From: Candidatus Velthaea sp.
GTDB taxonomy: Bacteria; Vulcanimicrobiota; Vulcanimicrobiia; Vulcanimicrobiales; Vulcanimicrobiaceae
Reading direction: 5' to 3'
Length of the DNA: 64,000 nt
Assembly (NCBI GenBank): GCA_965214935.1
Contig: CBDCCS010000016.1
Coordinates: 32,001 to 96,000, forward strand
Shown piece after piece: positions 19,525-30,076 of the stretch. A program made the translations under genes and the position numbers. The notes beneath the pieces were generated by a model. It saw nothing but the letters and a program-made list of their open reading frames with translations, did not search any database and had not been told where the DNA came from. Within the stretch, counting starts at the first letter, position 1. The number at the start of each line of letters is the position of its first letter.

Positions 19525-21678
19525 ATGACCGTTGCGGCTGGCGAAGTTTGCGTGCCTGCCGATAACGTTTGCATGAGTCCTCGCACGCTTTCGGCGCTCA
19601 ACGCGAGCAACATTGCACTTGGTCGAAAGTTTGCGATTTTCGGCGTCGGTCTGTGCGCGCTGTTCTCGTCTGCACTATTTCTTTGCGCCCAGACGTATGC
19701 GCCGATCGCCGAGCGCTCGAACGCCGAAGCACGATCACATGCCGCTGCATCGGCGGCTTCTCAAGCGTTCGAGCAATGGACGCTCGAGGACGACCAGTCG
19801 AATATGTTTGCAGCACTGGTTGCCTTGCACGACCCGGCTCAAAAGCAACTTACGCAAACGACTCGTCAGCAAGTGCTCGACGCGCGCGCAGCTGTCGACG
19901 CTCCGCTAACGTCGGCCGAATTCGCGTTAAGGGATGATAAATCGCGCGCTTTGGTCGCACGCATCCATCGTGCTTTGACGCTGTACGACGGCTTCACGAG
20001 CACGATGTTTGCACGAGCAAACCGTGGCGACATCGTCGGCACCATTCGCGTTATGACCGTGGACAACTCCAATGCGTCCGATGAGGTCACCAGAGCGTTT
20101 ACGGCGCTCGCAAAGCGAGCCGATGAGATTTCGGCCGGGGCGAATCGCGACGTTGGGGCAATCGCATCGCTTGGCGCGCGGCCGATGTTCCCGATCGCCC
20201 TCGTTATGCTCGTCTTCACATCAATAATGTTGACGCTTCTCGGCCGCTCGATCATCGGGCCACTTCGTAAACTGACCATCGTCGCGGAAAAACTCGCCGT
20301 CGGAAATGTCGAGGTCGAGGCCGACTTACCGCGTATCGGCCGCGACGAAATTGGGACGTTATCCCAAGCATTTCGCGAGATGGTCGTCAACCAGCTCAAT
20401 ATCGCACGTGCCGCTGAAGCAGTTGCCGCCGGAGACCTGCGCCGCGAGCAAATATCGCGTGGCCAACACGATCGGCTCGGACTCGCGTTCGAATCGATGG
20501 TCGATGACCTCTGCAATTTGATCCGAGGCGTCGCAAAGACCAGTACGTCGCTCACTACGGCTTCGCTCGAAGCGTCCAAGGCGGCGCGACAATCGACAAA
20601 CGCGGTCGGAGAAATCGCCGAAGCGGTCGACTTGGTCGCTTCGGGTGCTCAAGATCAGGCCGGCAAGATTGCCATCACGGCGATATCCATCGAAGAACTC
20701 AGCCGGACGGCCGAGCAAATCGCAACGGTTGCGACCCACCAAGCCGAATCAATTGCCATGACGAATGCTGCACTTCAGAAACTCAATAACGGCATCGGTT
20801 CTCTGTCAGTGCAAGGTGCCTCACTCGCCACGGCCGCCCGGGAGGCGTCGTCCGAAGCCGCGACAGGTGATACCGCCGTTAGCGAGACGGCCAGCACGAT
20901 CGCCGAACTCAAAACCGTCTCGATGACGGCCGCCGGCGCAATGGCGAACCTCGAAGAGCGCTCGTCACAAGTCGAAGAAATCGTGGATACGATCGGCGAC
21001 ATCGCCGATCAAACGAATTTGCTTGCGCTTAATGCAGCCATCGAGGCTGCTCGCGCCGGCGAGCATGGACGAGGCTTCGCCGTCGTAGCTGATGAGGTTC
21101 GTAAGCTCGCCGAACGCAGTTCACGAGCAACAAAAGAGATATCGCAAATTCTAAGCGCTATCAAGCGCGAAACGATTTCGGCTGCCCACGCGATGCGGAC
21201 CTCGTCTGACTCGATGGATTCGGGCATCGCCGTGTCCCAGCGCGCTTCGCGTTCGCTCGAAAGCGTCGGACGTGCCATAGCGACAACGACGAGCGTCGCT
21301 GAACTGTTAGCGGGTCAAGCGCGAGAGATGCAAGATGCCTCGGTGCGCGTCACTCAAAATATGGCCAATGCCTCCGCGGCCGTGGACGAAAATGCCGCCG
21401 CGGCGGCGGAGATGCGTAGTACGACGGATCACGTAACGAACGCCATGGTGCCCGTTGCCGAGACTGCGTCGCAGAATGCAGCTACGGCTCAAGAAGCCGC
21501 ACGTTCGACTCAACAACTTGCGCTAGGTATTGCCGAGCTGGACTCAACGGCAAACGCAGTACGAGATCAGGCACAAGTCCTTCAAAGCCTCGTCGCGAAA
21601 TTTATCTTCGCGGAGTTGGCCGACATCGGCCTCGAAGCGCCGCGCCGGAACGGTCCGGCTTTAGTGGCCTCACGCTGA
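19525..21678 (+). CDS. Methyl-accepting chemotaxis protein
   Basis: Two TM segments flanking a 4-helix sensor, HAMP domains, [39 protein letters not shown]; start may be ATG 19573. Confidence 0.95.
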   Translation: MTVAAGEVCVPADNVCMSPRTLSALNASNIALGRKFAIFGVGLCALFSSALFLCAQTYAPIAERSNAEARSHAAASAASQAFEQWTLEDDQSNMFAALVALHDPAQKQLTQTTRQQVLDARAAVDAPLTSAEFALRDDKSRALVARIHRALTLYDGFTSTMFARANRGDIVGTIRVMTVDNSNASDEVTRAFTALAKRADEISAGANRDVGAIASLGARPMFPIALVMLVFTSIMLTLLGRSIIGPLRKLTIVAEKLAVGNVEVEADLPRIGRDEIGTLSQAFREMVVNQLNIARAAEAVAAGDLRREQISRGQHDRLGLAFESMVDDLCNLIRGVAKTSTSLTTASLEASKAARQSTNAVGEIAEAVDLVASGAQDQAGKIAITAISIEELSRTAEQIATVATHQAESIAMTNAALQKLNNGIGSLSVQGASLATAAREASSEAATGDTAVSETASTIAELKTVSMTAAGAMANLEERSSQVEEIVDTIGDIADQTNLLALNAAIEAARAGEHGRGFAVVADEVRKLAERSSRATKEISQILSAIKRETISAAHAMRTSSDSMDSGIAVSQRASRSLESVGRAIATTTSVAELLAGQAREMQDASVRVTQNMANASAAVDENAAAAAEMRSTTDHVTNAMVPVAETASQNAATAQEAARSTQQLALGIAELDSTANAVRDQAQVLQSLVAKFIFAELADIGLEAPRRNGPALVASR

Positions 21679-21966
21679 CGTCGGCTGAGGCGCGGCGCGG
21701 ACTATACATAGACGTGACGCGGGCGCGTGAAAGGATGTGCTCCGGGCAATCCGCTGCGTTACTGCGTTTTTACAGGAACCATTACGCAAGCTCGTCTCGG
21801 CGACTGTATAAATCTAGCTGCGTTGAAAATGCAAACAGACAACCAGATGACAACATGCGATCTCAATTAAAGAGAAAACCGCCTGGCCTAGGTAATGACG
21901 GTTTCTTAGCGTTAGTAGATTGGCTAGGGTAATAACGGATCGTTGGAAATTTTAGGCGGCTGCTCT

Positions 21967-23163
21967 TTATATTGATTGCCCGGAATCGCCTGTTTCGTCA
22001 ATGCTATCGTAGGATTCGTATGGTCCATAGCCAGTGGGACCCTGGTTTGATTGAGCGATGCTTCCGTTTGAATACGCTTGTGGGCCTTCATAACACACTT
22101 GCGCGTAGACTGAAACAAAGAACGTACAAAGGCTGGTGCCGGGCTGGCAGTCCGAACTTTAATTACCGAAGGCGACCTGCAGCCAATCAATTCCACTGGT
22201 AATCGCGGACGCTACTCCGAAGTAAGATCCATCAATTTTAAATAAATGGCTCACCCTGAGCGATGCTTGTAACTCGACTAACTGAACAGTTTTGGCAGGG
22301 CGTTAAGGCACCTGCGCAATCTATTCCGCCGCCAACGTATCGCCGGGTGCGGTTGAAAAGAGCCAGGCAGCATTCGCAAGCGCGATGATTTTTTCATCAA
22401 CCCACGCCGTTTGAGGGTCATAGCTATTGGAGAGCTGGCGGACCTCAGTATAACCTGCGGTGCTGCTCCTAAGATAAGGTTGTACACTGGCATCGTAATT
22501 ATACTGCAAGCCGCCTTCAACCAAGCTTCCTGAAGTGACGCGAACTTCAAAAAAAAAGATTACCTTGGTCGCCGATTGCAAGTGCTGATTCACCGCATGG
22601 TACACTAACAAACCCCACCCTGCCGTGAATCCGCAATCGACACCATGAGACTGTAGGCTCCTCCAGGATAATTCCCGGATTGGGCGGCGAACAAGAAGAG
22701 GTATAGTTCAATGGACGCGTATGCATTCCGCTCCCTAAGCTCCTTAAGGGAGCGCTGGCCGTTGGGCAATTATCACTGGCTGCGTTCTAACGCATGCAAG
22801 CAACGCCGGATTATTGCTCATTAATCGCCCGCGGTTGTATGAAGTCACGTCGTTGCAAAGGCGGCATAATTCGCATGAGGTCTTCCGCCGTCTTGCGATC
22901 TGTCGGTGACAAAGACTGGTCAATGTAAGCATCAAATCCGCAGCTGCGGAAAAAGCTTGTCCTTTCGCAACAGCAAATTTGTTGCCAACATTACATGACG
23001 ACGAAGCTGCACTTGGTGATCGTAATGCCAAGCTATCTAAGCTACTTGTCCTCGGAAGACTCGTGTTAATAGGCGCCAGTCCTGCGCAAGCCGCTAGCGA
23101 TAGCACTGTACTTAACGCGATTACGAATCCGCGAACCAAACGCTGTAACGGACGAAAAGACAT
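21967..23163 (-). pseudogene. Multiply frameshifted secreted lipoprotein gene
   Basis: Lipobox LAAC. Protein-like segments continue across frames (AYIDQSLSPTDRKTAEDLMR; GFVSVPC..GDQGNLFF / EVRV..LVEGGLQYNYD; YGPYESYDSID) with internal stops. Confidence 0.65.
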
Positions 23164-23204
23164 AATACTCCGATGCATTAAATGGAGACGAGAGGAGTAT
23201 GCTA

Positions 23205-23693
23205 ATGCCGCGTTTGATGATATTTGTGCTCTTCCTTTTAGCGTGTTCGAGAACTTTCGACTCTCCCGTGGCCGACCATCTGCGCGATGCACGCGGTTGT
23301 GACGCGTATGCCAGCACGTCGGTAGGCTACAGCTGTCTCCAAAAAACTGCAGATGGAGGCGTTCGGTGTTCTGGTTATATTGCGCCGGGTGCCTCAGCTC
23401 CCCAGTGGCAGTCGCTACCGATCAGTTACCCGGCTCGCTCAGCAAGCCATGTTAATTCTTTGCGGCTAAATGTGCAGCAACAAAAACTGATTAACCGCGC
23501 GCTGACGAAGCGAAATGCCGCGACGCTCCGCTTCGTTTTTCTAACCAGTGACGATCTGATTGTCTTTAATGCTCCGGACGGTCCTTGCCTTGATGCGGCC
23601 GGAGGTTACCAAGTTCTAAATTATACGAACGCTAATCTTTTCTATGAACCAGGGGAGAATCCCTTACATGTTTATGCGGGCTCGACTTGGTAG
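23205..23693 (+). CDS. Secreted/lipoprotein hypothetical, Cys-containing
   Basis: GAGGAG SD 7 nt before ATG 23205; hydrophobic N-terminus ending LLAC. Confidence 0.65.
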   Translation: MPRLMIFVLFLLACSRTFDSPVADHLRDARGCDAYASTSVGYSCLQKTADGGVRCSGYIAPGASAPQWQSLPISYPARSASHVNSLRLNVQQQKLINRALTKRNAATLRFVFLTSDDLIVFNAPDGPCLDAAGGYQVLNYTNANLFYEPGENPLHVYAGSTW

Positions 23694-23836
23694 ATTGTCT
23701 GGTTTTCCAAACCTGTCGCCCGTCGCACTTTCAAACCAGCATAGCGACTGTTGAGCGCGTGGTCGTTTTGCAAGGTGGCAGAAACTGACAGTAAAAAATC
23801 TGATTGAAAGTTTGCCTTTTGCTGCTAAATCTAGAG

Positions 23837-24380
23837 TCAACGGTTTTCTGGATATTGTCCGTGCTCGATCTTGGGGTACTGCAACAAAGCAGGCTTAGAT
23901 TTTGCGGCTTCGACGAATAGCCGATAAGGATCGATGACGTATCCGTCGCCGTAAGAAATCACCTCTACGGCGTATAACATACCGCCGTCTGTTGACCACA
24001 AGATGATTTCAACGCGGTATACGTGAGGCGCGCCCATGGGAACGCGCGGCGCAATTTCGCTGATTTTTCCTCCGCTTACTAGAAAGGTTATCCCGGGGGA
24101 ATCTGGCGCACCGATGTCGCTTGTTAAGTCTCGCGCTTGCGTGAGATCGATAGCTGGACCGTCGACCATCGGATTGGGCGACGGGGGGCCATCAAGAACG
24201 TTTACGTCGCACCAACCGGTCACGTCGTAGTCGGTGATCTCAAAAGATTCGACTTGGCGCTCTAACTCCAGATTGCGTAAGGTTACGATGCGAAGAAATT
24301 CGCGCTCGAGATGTGTAGGGGAGGCGGTAAGGTTTTGTGGCCCTACACGGTGGCATGCGGCTAGATTCTCGATAAGCCAT
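23837..24380 (-). pseudogene. Hypothetical protein with a damaged 5' end
   Basis: The ATG after AGGAGG (~24380) hits a stop after 6 codons; a protein-like frame (HLEREFLRIVT..GWCDV..LYAVEV) runs to 23837. Confidence 0.45.
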
Positions 24381-24560
24381 ATCCCTCCTGAGATAACAAG
24401 CCTCGCGGAGTTAAAAAGCGCATCGATTCAGGCAGGTCAAAAATCGAATGCAGCTCGGGATTGCCACGGTTGGTAACCGAGGACGTTTGAAGTCAGATGC
24501 ACAAAAAGGTTCGCTTTTGCAGCATGTTCTCGTTGCAGCCTGAGCGAAACCCGTAGCCGC

Positions 24561-25574
24561 TCAACAAGCTCCCTGTAAAGCAATATCTGGGTCGAGCAAA
24601 TGCGCACCGATCGAATCGACGGCGTCGAGTGCAGCGTTGGCAAGCACGACGACCGCCTCCCTTCGTGACGGCGAAAATCCCATAAATGAGCGGTAGCCGC
24701 CGGTTCCTCCGTTATGCCAGACATTGCCGCGTGACCCGGTCAACCACGCGAGCCCGATACGGTGACCTCCAAATGCGTCGCTTCGCGGCTCTTGTGTCAT
24801 ACGGGCTTCGAGAGCTAATGGGTCATCGATCGCCGTTAGATGAATAGCCAGGAAGCGTAGCATGTCGTTGATGGTCGAACGAACGGCCCCAGCTCCTTGA
24901 AGCGCGCCTGTTTGCCAAGCGGGAGTCGGCAAACCGCCGGCAGTGTGGCCCTGAATCAAACGAAAATCGTCCTTATAGTCGGCCCGACTTGAGAGCATCG
25001 CGAGCCCAGCGAAAACGCGTTCCTGCACAAGTTCTGCATACGACATATCCGCGTGATCGGCTAATAGTGTGCCGAGCAAACCATAGCCGAAATTCGAGTA
25101 TTCGAAGTCGTCGCCAGGAGCCCGACGCAACCGGTAAACGTCGAGGCATGAGAATAACTTCGCGCGATTGTAATTCTTGTATGGATTATTGCTGATTAAG
25201 GCCGACCATCCTATGTTTGGCGGTAATCGCGGGAGGCCTGACCGATGCGTCGCAAGGTCCAGAAGCTTGATCTGCCGACCGTCCATTTCGGGAGCCTTCA
25301 CGCCCTCGGGAAACAGCTCGCCGATTGGCGTATCTAGACTAAGGTCGCTCGTCCGTACCATCGATGCCAAAGTAAGTGCCGTGATCGGCTTCGTCAGCGA
25401 ACCGATCTCGAACAGCGTGTCCCCGTCCGCTTCGGGCGCACCGGGCGCTGCGATGATGTTAGTGTGAGAACTCTGGAGGTCGAGTCGCCCGATCGCGACC
25501 ACGATGCCAGCAAAGTTGAATTTCTGGCGAATGAACGCCACGACCTCATCAGAAAGCGATTGGCCACCAAGCAT
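24561..25574 (-). CDS. Serine hydrolase, beta-lactamase class C-like family
   Basis: FEIGSLTK (SxxK), LATHRSGL, YSNFGY, WHNGGTGGY. Confidence 0.92.
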   Translation of the reverse strand: MLGGQSLSDEVVAFIRQKFNFAGIVVAIGRLDLQSSHTNIIAAPGAPEADGDTLFEIGSLTKPITALTLASMVRTSDLSLDTPIGELFPEGVKAPEMDGRQIKLLDLATHRSGLPRLPPNIGWSALISNNPYKNYNRAKLFSCLDVYRLRRAPGDDFEYSNFGYGLLGTLLADHADMSYAELVQERVFAGLAMLSSRADYKDDFRLIQGHTAGGLPTPAWQTGALQGAGAVRSTINDMLRFLAIHLTAIDDPLALEARMTQEPRSDAFGGHRIGLAWLTGSRGNVWHNGGTGGYRSFMGFSPSRREAVVVLANAALDAVDSIGAHLLDPDIALQGAC

Positions 25575-25681
25575 AAATTTGCTTTCGCGTGCGCTTGGTT
25601 GCGCTACCTACAAAACAAAAGACCGAACGTACTTGGATCAATGCCGCACATGCCCTGAAGGGGTCCCTTTTGTGCAGGTTG

Positions 25682-26188
25682 CTACGGGTTTAGCGGTTGC
25701 GAGTCACTTTGGCTCGAACCTAGCAGATCTTGGAGGATGGATCGTAAGCCTTCGAGTCTTTCAACACCAATGCGATTCGCGTAGCGATGCTCAATGGCGT
25801 CGAGAGCATTAAAGCTTTCGATCATCAACTTCCATCCGTTGGCGGTGAATCGAATAATGCGGGAGCGCTTGTCCTCTTCATCAGCCACGCTGAGAAGATA
25901 TCCAAGTGTTTCAAGCTCGTCAGCTAGACGGCCCATTGCCTGTTTTGAGATTCCCGCTCGTGCCGCCACTACCGAAAGCTTATTGCCGTGATCGTCCAAG
26001 TTTGAGAGAAGTGTAGTGTGAGTCGAGCGGATGATGTATCCGCGACGTATGAGTTCCTCGACGATGTCCGCGTTGAGAACGCGCGATGCGCGCAATAACA
26101 GCTGACGAATGTTGTTCTTTCGTGCCGCCGGGATTCGTGCCGCGTCGGCCGCTGATGCTTGAAAGCGTTGTGCTCGTAGTGTTGACAT
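25682..26188 (-). CDS. MarR-family transcriptional regulator
   Basis: ISKQAMGRL..ELE..GYL...DEEDKRSR..RFT..G. Confidence 0.88.
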   Translation of the reverse strand: MSTLRAQRFQASAADAARIPAARKNNIRQLLLRASRVLNADIVEELIRRGYIIRSTHTTLLSNLDDHGNKLSVVAARAGISKQAMGRLADELETLGYLLSVADEEDKRSRIIRFTANGWKLMIESFNALDAIEHRYANRIGVERLEGLRSILQDLLGSSQSDSQPLNP

Positions 26189-26217
26189 GATAGTAACCTA
26201 AAGTTACGATATGTCAA
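26182..26217. promoter_or_regulatory. Overlapping sigma70 promoters within a palindromic operator
   Basis: + strand TTGACA(26182)-17 nt-TACGAT; - strand TTGACA-16 nt-TACTAT; dyad TTGACAT..GTAAC..GTTAC..ATGTCAA. Confidence 0.75.
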
Positions 26218-26244
26218 ATCTTTTCCCTGGCTTTGGAGGCATCC

Positions 26245-26574
26245 GTGACAATCCAGCAGTTCCTCGACCCGACGTCCGTCGCGTGGATCGAGTTTGCTCC
26301 TGGCGTACAACTTCAAGTGCTGGCGCAGCCGGTGCCCGACGGATCAATCCATCGAGCCAGATTGACCGCAGGCACGACGATACCAGTGCATAGCCATCCG
26401 GCCGATGAATTTGTCCAAGTGGTGAGCGGAACGATCGTAACCGGCGGACGCCGCTGTGAAGCTGGAACGTTCTGGATTACTCCGTCGGGAACACGACAAG
26501 GACCGCACGTAGCAGAAAGTGATGTCGAGCTTTTGACGGTTCGACTCGGCCCAATGGGACTTTTTGGCGAGTAA
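26245..26574 (+). CDS. Cupin domain protein (ChrR-like)
   Basis: GGAGG before GTG 26245; PVHSHPADE..VVSG and P.G..QGPH motifs. Confidence 0.82.
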   Translation: MTIQQFLDPTSVAWIEFAPGVQLQVLAQPVPDGSIHRARLTAGTTIPVHSHPADEFVQVVSGTIVTGGRRCEAGTFWITPSGTRQGPHVAESDVELLTVRLGPMGLFGE

Positions 26575-26684
26575 GTCTAGCCTCGTTCGAGAAAATCTCG
26601 CCGCTGCACGAAAGGTTGCCTTTTGAGCGAGCGCCTTCGCGTGGCGGTGTTTGCGATAGGCTCCGAGCGTGATGGTGCTCAAGC

Positions 26685-26714
26685 CCTTCAATCGCCCCGC
26701 CGAAGGTTTTTTTT
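26685..26714 (+). terminator. Possible intrinsic terminator
   Basis: CCTTC...GAAGG stem followed by T8. Confidence 0.45.
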
Positions 26715-26740
26715 AAGCATAGACCACTCGACGAAAGTCT

Positions 26741-27271
26741 TTAAGGGAGAGTTTTTTCCGTTCTCAGTTCTTGAGTGACTACTTCGTTGCAATTTTTATA
26801 AACATCATCTGATAGAAACCCATAACGAGTATATGAATACGAAAAAATGGCAACGTCATCTTGTCGCCGGACGGAGTCTCTGAGTGAACTTAAATTTAGA
26901 AGCCAAAAGCTTTCGCCAAATTTAGGTCGAAACGTTGGGAGCTGCTTTGCGATTTGGTCCGCTGTTAGCGGGCCGTCCACTTCTAGTGGGTATTCAGACG
27001 TTGTTCCATCGTGTTGGGTAAATGTGACTTTGAAGTGATATGTGGCGTTCATGTTATAGCTCGGGCTATCATTTGGGACGGGGATGCAAATGGATATGAT
27101 CTTGTCGGAAAAGGATGCGGGTTTCTTGGACGTGACCGTACTGCTCGTTTCTAACGATGTTGAAACGGCGTGCACATCTACCGTGATCTGGGGGGCCTCG
27201 ATACATGTACTACCGACGGCTGCGCTACTTGAGCCTAGCTGGAGTAGCCGCAGCAGTACTAATTGAACCAT
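26741..27271 (-). CDS. Low-GC secreted hypothetical protein
   Basis: Open frame with a hydrophobic N-terminus; AT-rich codons. Confidence 0.55.
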   Translation of the reverse strand: MVQLVLLRLLQLGSSSAAVGSTCIEAPQITVDVHAVSTSLETSSTVTSKKPASFSDKIISICIPVPNDSPSYNMNATYHFKVTFTQHDGTTSEYPLEVDGPLTADQIAKQLPTFRPKFGESFWLLNLSSLRDSVRRQDDVAIFSYSYTRYGFLSDDVYKNCNEVVTQELRTEKTLP

Positions 27272-27699
27272 ATGTTGACGAGACCGGTCCTTATTATAAT
27301 TCGCGGAAATGCGAACGAAACGGGCCGTTACGACGAAAGGCAACTGGCAGCTCCCGCCGGGGATTCTTTCGCCACGCAGCCTCGGAAGTCAAACCGCGCC
27401 GTGTTGTTCGTTATTCGGGGCCGATGGGCCCAACCTTTAAGCGAAACAGTCGCAAGGCCGAACGAAAAGGGTCCTTAAGATGCAAACACACAAGCTCCGG
27501 CCCGTAACGGTTTCCGCGCCGCAAAAGGGCCGCTCAAAATACAAAGGCCGGAATTCCCTCGACGAGCTGCTCGCCGCGCTCGCCGCCGGCCACTCGGCCC
27601 GCGCGACGAAAAAGGCCCGGCTCGGGCGGCGGTAGCGGCTAAACCGTCAAGAACGAAGCTAGAGAAAGCCTCAGGACGGCGTTTGCCGCGCCGGGATTG

Positions 27700-27846
27700 A
27701 TGCCCGAAGTCTTCGAGGACGGCCCGCCGCGCCTGGTGGGCTACGCGCGGATCTCGACGGACGACCAGACGACGGCGCTGCAGGCCGACGCGTTGACGCG
27801 CGCGGCCGTCGATATGGAGACGACGAGTGCCGGCCCAAAACTTTAG
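27700..27846 (+). pseudogene. Truncated serine recombinase (resolvase/invertase) N-terminus
   Basis: Translates MPEVFEDGPPRLVGYARISTDDQTTALQADALTRAAVDMETTSAGPKL*; contains the catalytic GYARxST motif and stops at 48 aa. Confidence 0.88.
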
Positions 27847-28077
27847 GACCGTATACGCCTCAATAAAGAACCGCTCGCACGATACCTTAGCTCGCGTGCG
27901 TCGCGTTAAGTTATTCTTAATGTCGTTCTATCAGGCGCGTACCGTCTTTATGCGCACTTGACTAAGCTTGCCGGGATCCGGTTAGACGCAAGGACAACGG
28001 GAAGCCGGTGTTCGCAGGGATTCGTGCTCACGACTGAGGGGTGCGTCGCGTGGCAGCGCGAACGCGCGCCAACGAAC

Positions 28078-28689
28078 ATGAATTGGATAGGATGGACGCA
28101 GCGACTCGCCGCCATCGCGCAGAGCGGTTTGACGTATGCGCGCGACCCGTTCGATATCGAGCGCTACGAAGCGCTGCGCGAATTAGCCGCCGATGTCGTT
28201 GCCGAACACATCGGCGAGCCGGTACCGGTCGTCGTCGATTACCTGCGTCAAGAAGCCGGCTATGCGACGCCGAAAATCGACGTTCGCGGCGTCGTCTTCA
28301 AGGACGGTAAACTGCTGATGGTGCGCGAGCGCAGCGACGGCGGCTGGACGTTGCCCGGCGGTTGGGCCGACGTCAGCGATAGCCCGAGTTCGGCCGTCGA
28401 ACGCGAGATTCGCGAAGAAGCCGGCTACGATACGCGTACGGCAAAGGTGCTGGCCGTCTACGATCGCAATCGGCACCCGCATCCAGCGCAGATCTTTCAC
28501 GTCTGGAAGATCTTCATGCGCTGCGAAATAACCGGCGGCGCCCCGCGCGAAAGCATCGAGACCGACGGCGTGGCATTTTTCGATCGCGCCGCGCTGCCCG
28601 AACTTTCTGTCACGCGCATCACGACGCAGCAGATCGCAACGATGTTCGGCCACCATGACGATCCCGGACGCATGACCGATTTTGATTGA
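28078..28689 (+). CDS. NUDIX hydrolase with Nudix_N domain (YjhB-like)
   Basis: AIAQSGLTY, GYATPKIDVRG, LPGGWAD..REIREEAG. Confidence 0.93.
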   Translation: MNWIGWTQRLAAIAQSGLTYARDPFDIERYEALRELAADVVAEHIGEPVPVVVDYLRQEAGYATPKIDVRGVVFKDGKLLMVRERSDGGWTLPGGWADVSDSPSSAVEREIREEAGYDTRTAKVLAVYDRNRHPHPAQIFHVWKIFMRCEITGGAPRESIETDGVAFFDRAALPELSVTRITTQQIATMFGHHDDPGRMTDFD

Positions 28690-28709
28690 CGACGATAGCA
28701 CCGGCGCGA

Positions 28710-30074
28710 TCAATCGCCGCTAACGGTCATCTCCGCCACACGAAACGACGGCGAAACGATCGTGCCGTCGAAGCGCAGGTCGTCGGCGACGGCATCGATC
28801 CCCGCGAGCATTTCCGTAAAGTTCGACGCGATCGTAAACTGATCGACCGGGTACGCCGGCTCGCCGTTTTCGATCCAAATACCGCGCGCGCCGCGGCTGT
28901 ATGTCCCGCTCGCGTGTTCGGTGGCAAAGCCGATGGTGTCGTACACGAGCACGCCGCGTTCCGTTGACGCAACGATCGACTCGAGCGTCGCATCACCGGG
29001 ATAGAGATACAAATTGTTTACGCCGATTCCGCCGCCCGCGGCATTCGCCGTCGACTGAGCGCCGAGCCGTCGGGCATAATACGTATCGAACAAGAACGTC
29101 TTGAGAACGCCGCGTTCAAACACCGTCGTCATTCGCGTCGGCGTGCCTTCGGCATCGAACGGCGATGTGCCGAGACCGCCGCGTAAACGTCCGTCGTCGA
29201 CGATCGTCACGTGCGCAGACCCGATCTTGTCACCGATCGAATCGGCAAGATACGAATTACCGACGGCGACGTTCGCTGCATTGAGTGCATTGAACAGGTC
29301 GCCGAGCACCGCTGCGGCGACATCGCGTTCGAAGATGACGGGAACGCGCATTGTTGCGGGGCGCCGCGCACCGCATAAATCGATCGCGCGCCGCACAGCG
29401 CGGCGCGCGACGTCGCCGACGCTCTCGAGCCCGGAGTAGCCGCGCGCCGCGGTACCGTATGCGCCTGCACGCAAGTCGGCGCCGTCGCGGGCGATCGGAT
29501 TGCTGCTGCGCGACGCGCTCGTGGCTCGGTAGGCTCCGCGAAAGCCCAGCGAATTAACCAGCCCGATCGTCACTTGCGAATCACTCGCCTGCGAACCACG
29601 CGAATTGTCAATGCGCGCATCGAGCGTCCGAATCACGCGCTCGAGTTCGAGCACGTCGTCGATCTTCGCCTCTGCTGCGCGACTTGCAACATCCGGCGCG
29701 ACCATTTCCAACAACGGATCGTCGGCGACGATCGCCACGCCGTCGGGTAAACCGGCATGCGCATCTTCACTCACGAACGCCGCTGCCGCAACGGCACGTT
29801 TCGCCAACGCCGCTATCCCGTCGTACGTGAGATCGGTCGTTGCAAACGCAGCACGGCGTCGGCCCACAAATGTCCGCATCGAAAGCGAACGGCCGCGCGA
29901 TTGTTCGAGTTTGGTGAGTTCGGTGTTACGCGCTTCGGCGGAGAAGCGGTCGTTGATGGTCAGCGTCGCTTCGGCCGCTGTCGCACCGTGACCGAGCGCC
30001 GACGCAACCGCGTGCGCGGCATATGCAAGTGCTTCATCAGCGGGATCGGAAGCCGGCGTCCCTTCGCGTTGCAT
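28710..30074 (-). CDS. pmbA: TldE/PmbA-family protein
   Basis: SPFDAEG, SGTYSRGARG..IENGE..YPV..TIASN. Confidence 0.9.
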   Translation of the reverse strand: MQREGTPASDPADEALAYAAHAVASALGHGATAAEATLTINDRFSAEARNTELTKLEQSRGRSLSMRTFVGRRRAAFATTDLTYDGIAALAKRAVAAAAFVSEDAHAGLPDGVAIVADDPLLEMVAPDVASRAAEAKIDDVLELERVIRTLDARIDNSRGSQASDSQVTIGLVNSLGFRGAYRATSASRSSNPIARDGADLRAGAYGTAARGYSGLESVGDVARRAVRRAIDLCGARRPATMRVPVIFERDVAAAVLGDLFNALNAANVAVGNSYLADSIGDKIGSAHVTIVDDGRLRGGLGTSPFDAEGTPTRMTTVFERGVLKTFLFDTYYARRLGAQSTANAAGGGIGVNNLYLYPGDATLESIVASTERGVLVYDTIGFATEHASGTYSRGARGIWIENGEPAYPVDQFTIASNFTEMLAGIDAVADDLRFDGTIVSPSFRVAEMTVSGD

Positions 30075-30076
30075 CG

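Larger units (their letters stand above)
21700..27950. mobile_element. Lower-GC accessory island with decayed genes and a recombinase remnant
   Basis: Visible drop in GC, orphan and pseudogenised ORFs, serine recombinase fragment at the right end; boundaries approximate. Confidence 0.7.

Noticed and set aside
24561..25574. True antibiotic-resistance beta-lactamase
   Set aside because: There is no signal peptide, and these motifs are shared by many esterases and peptidases.
27906..27920. TTAAG-TTATT-CTTAA palindrome as a dif site
   Set aside because: It lacks a recognisable XerD arm (TTATGTTAAAT-like) and is too short to call.
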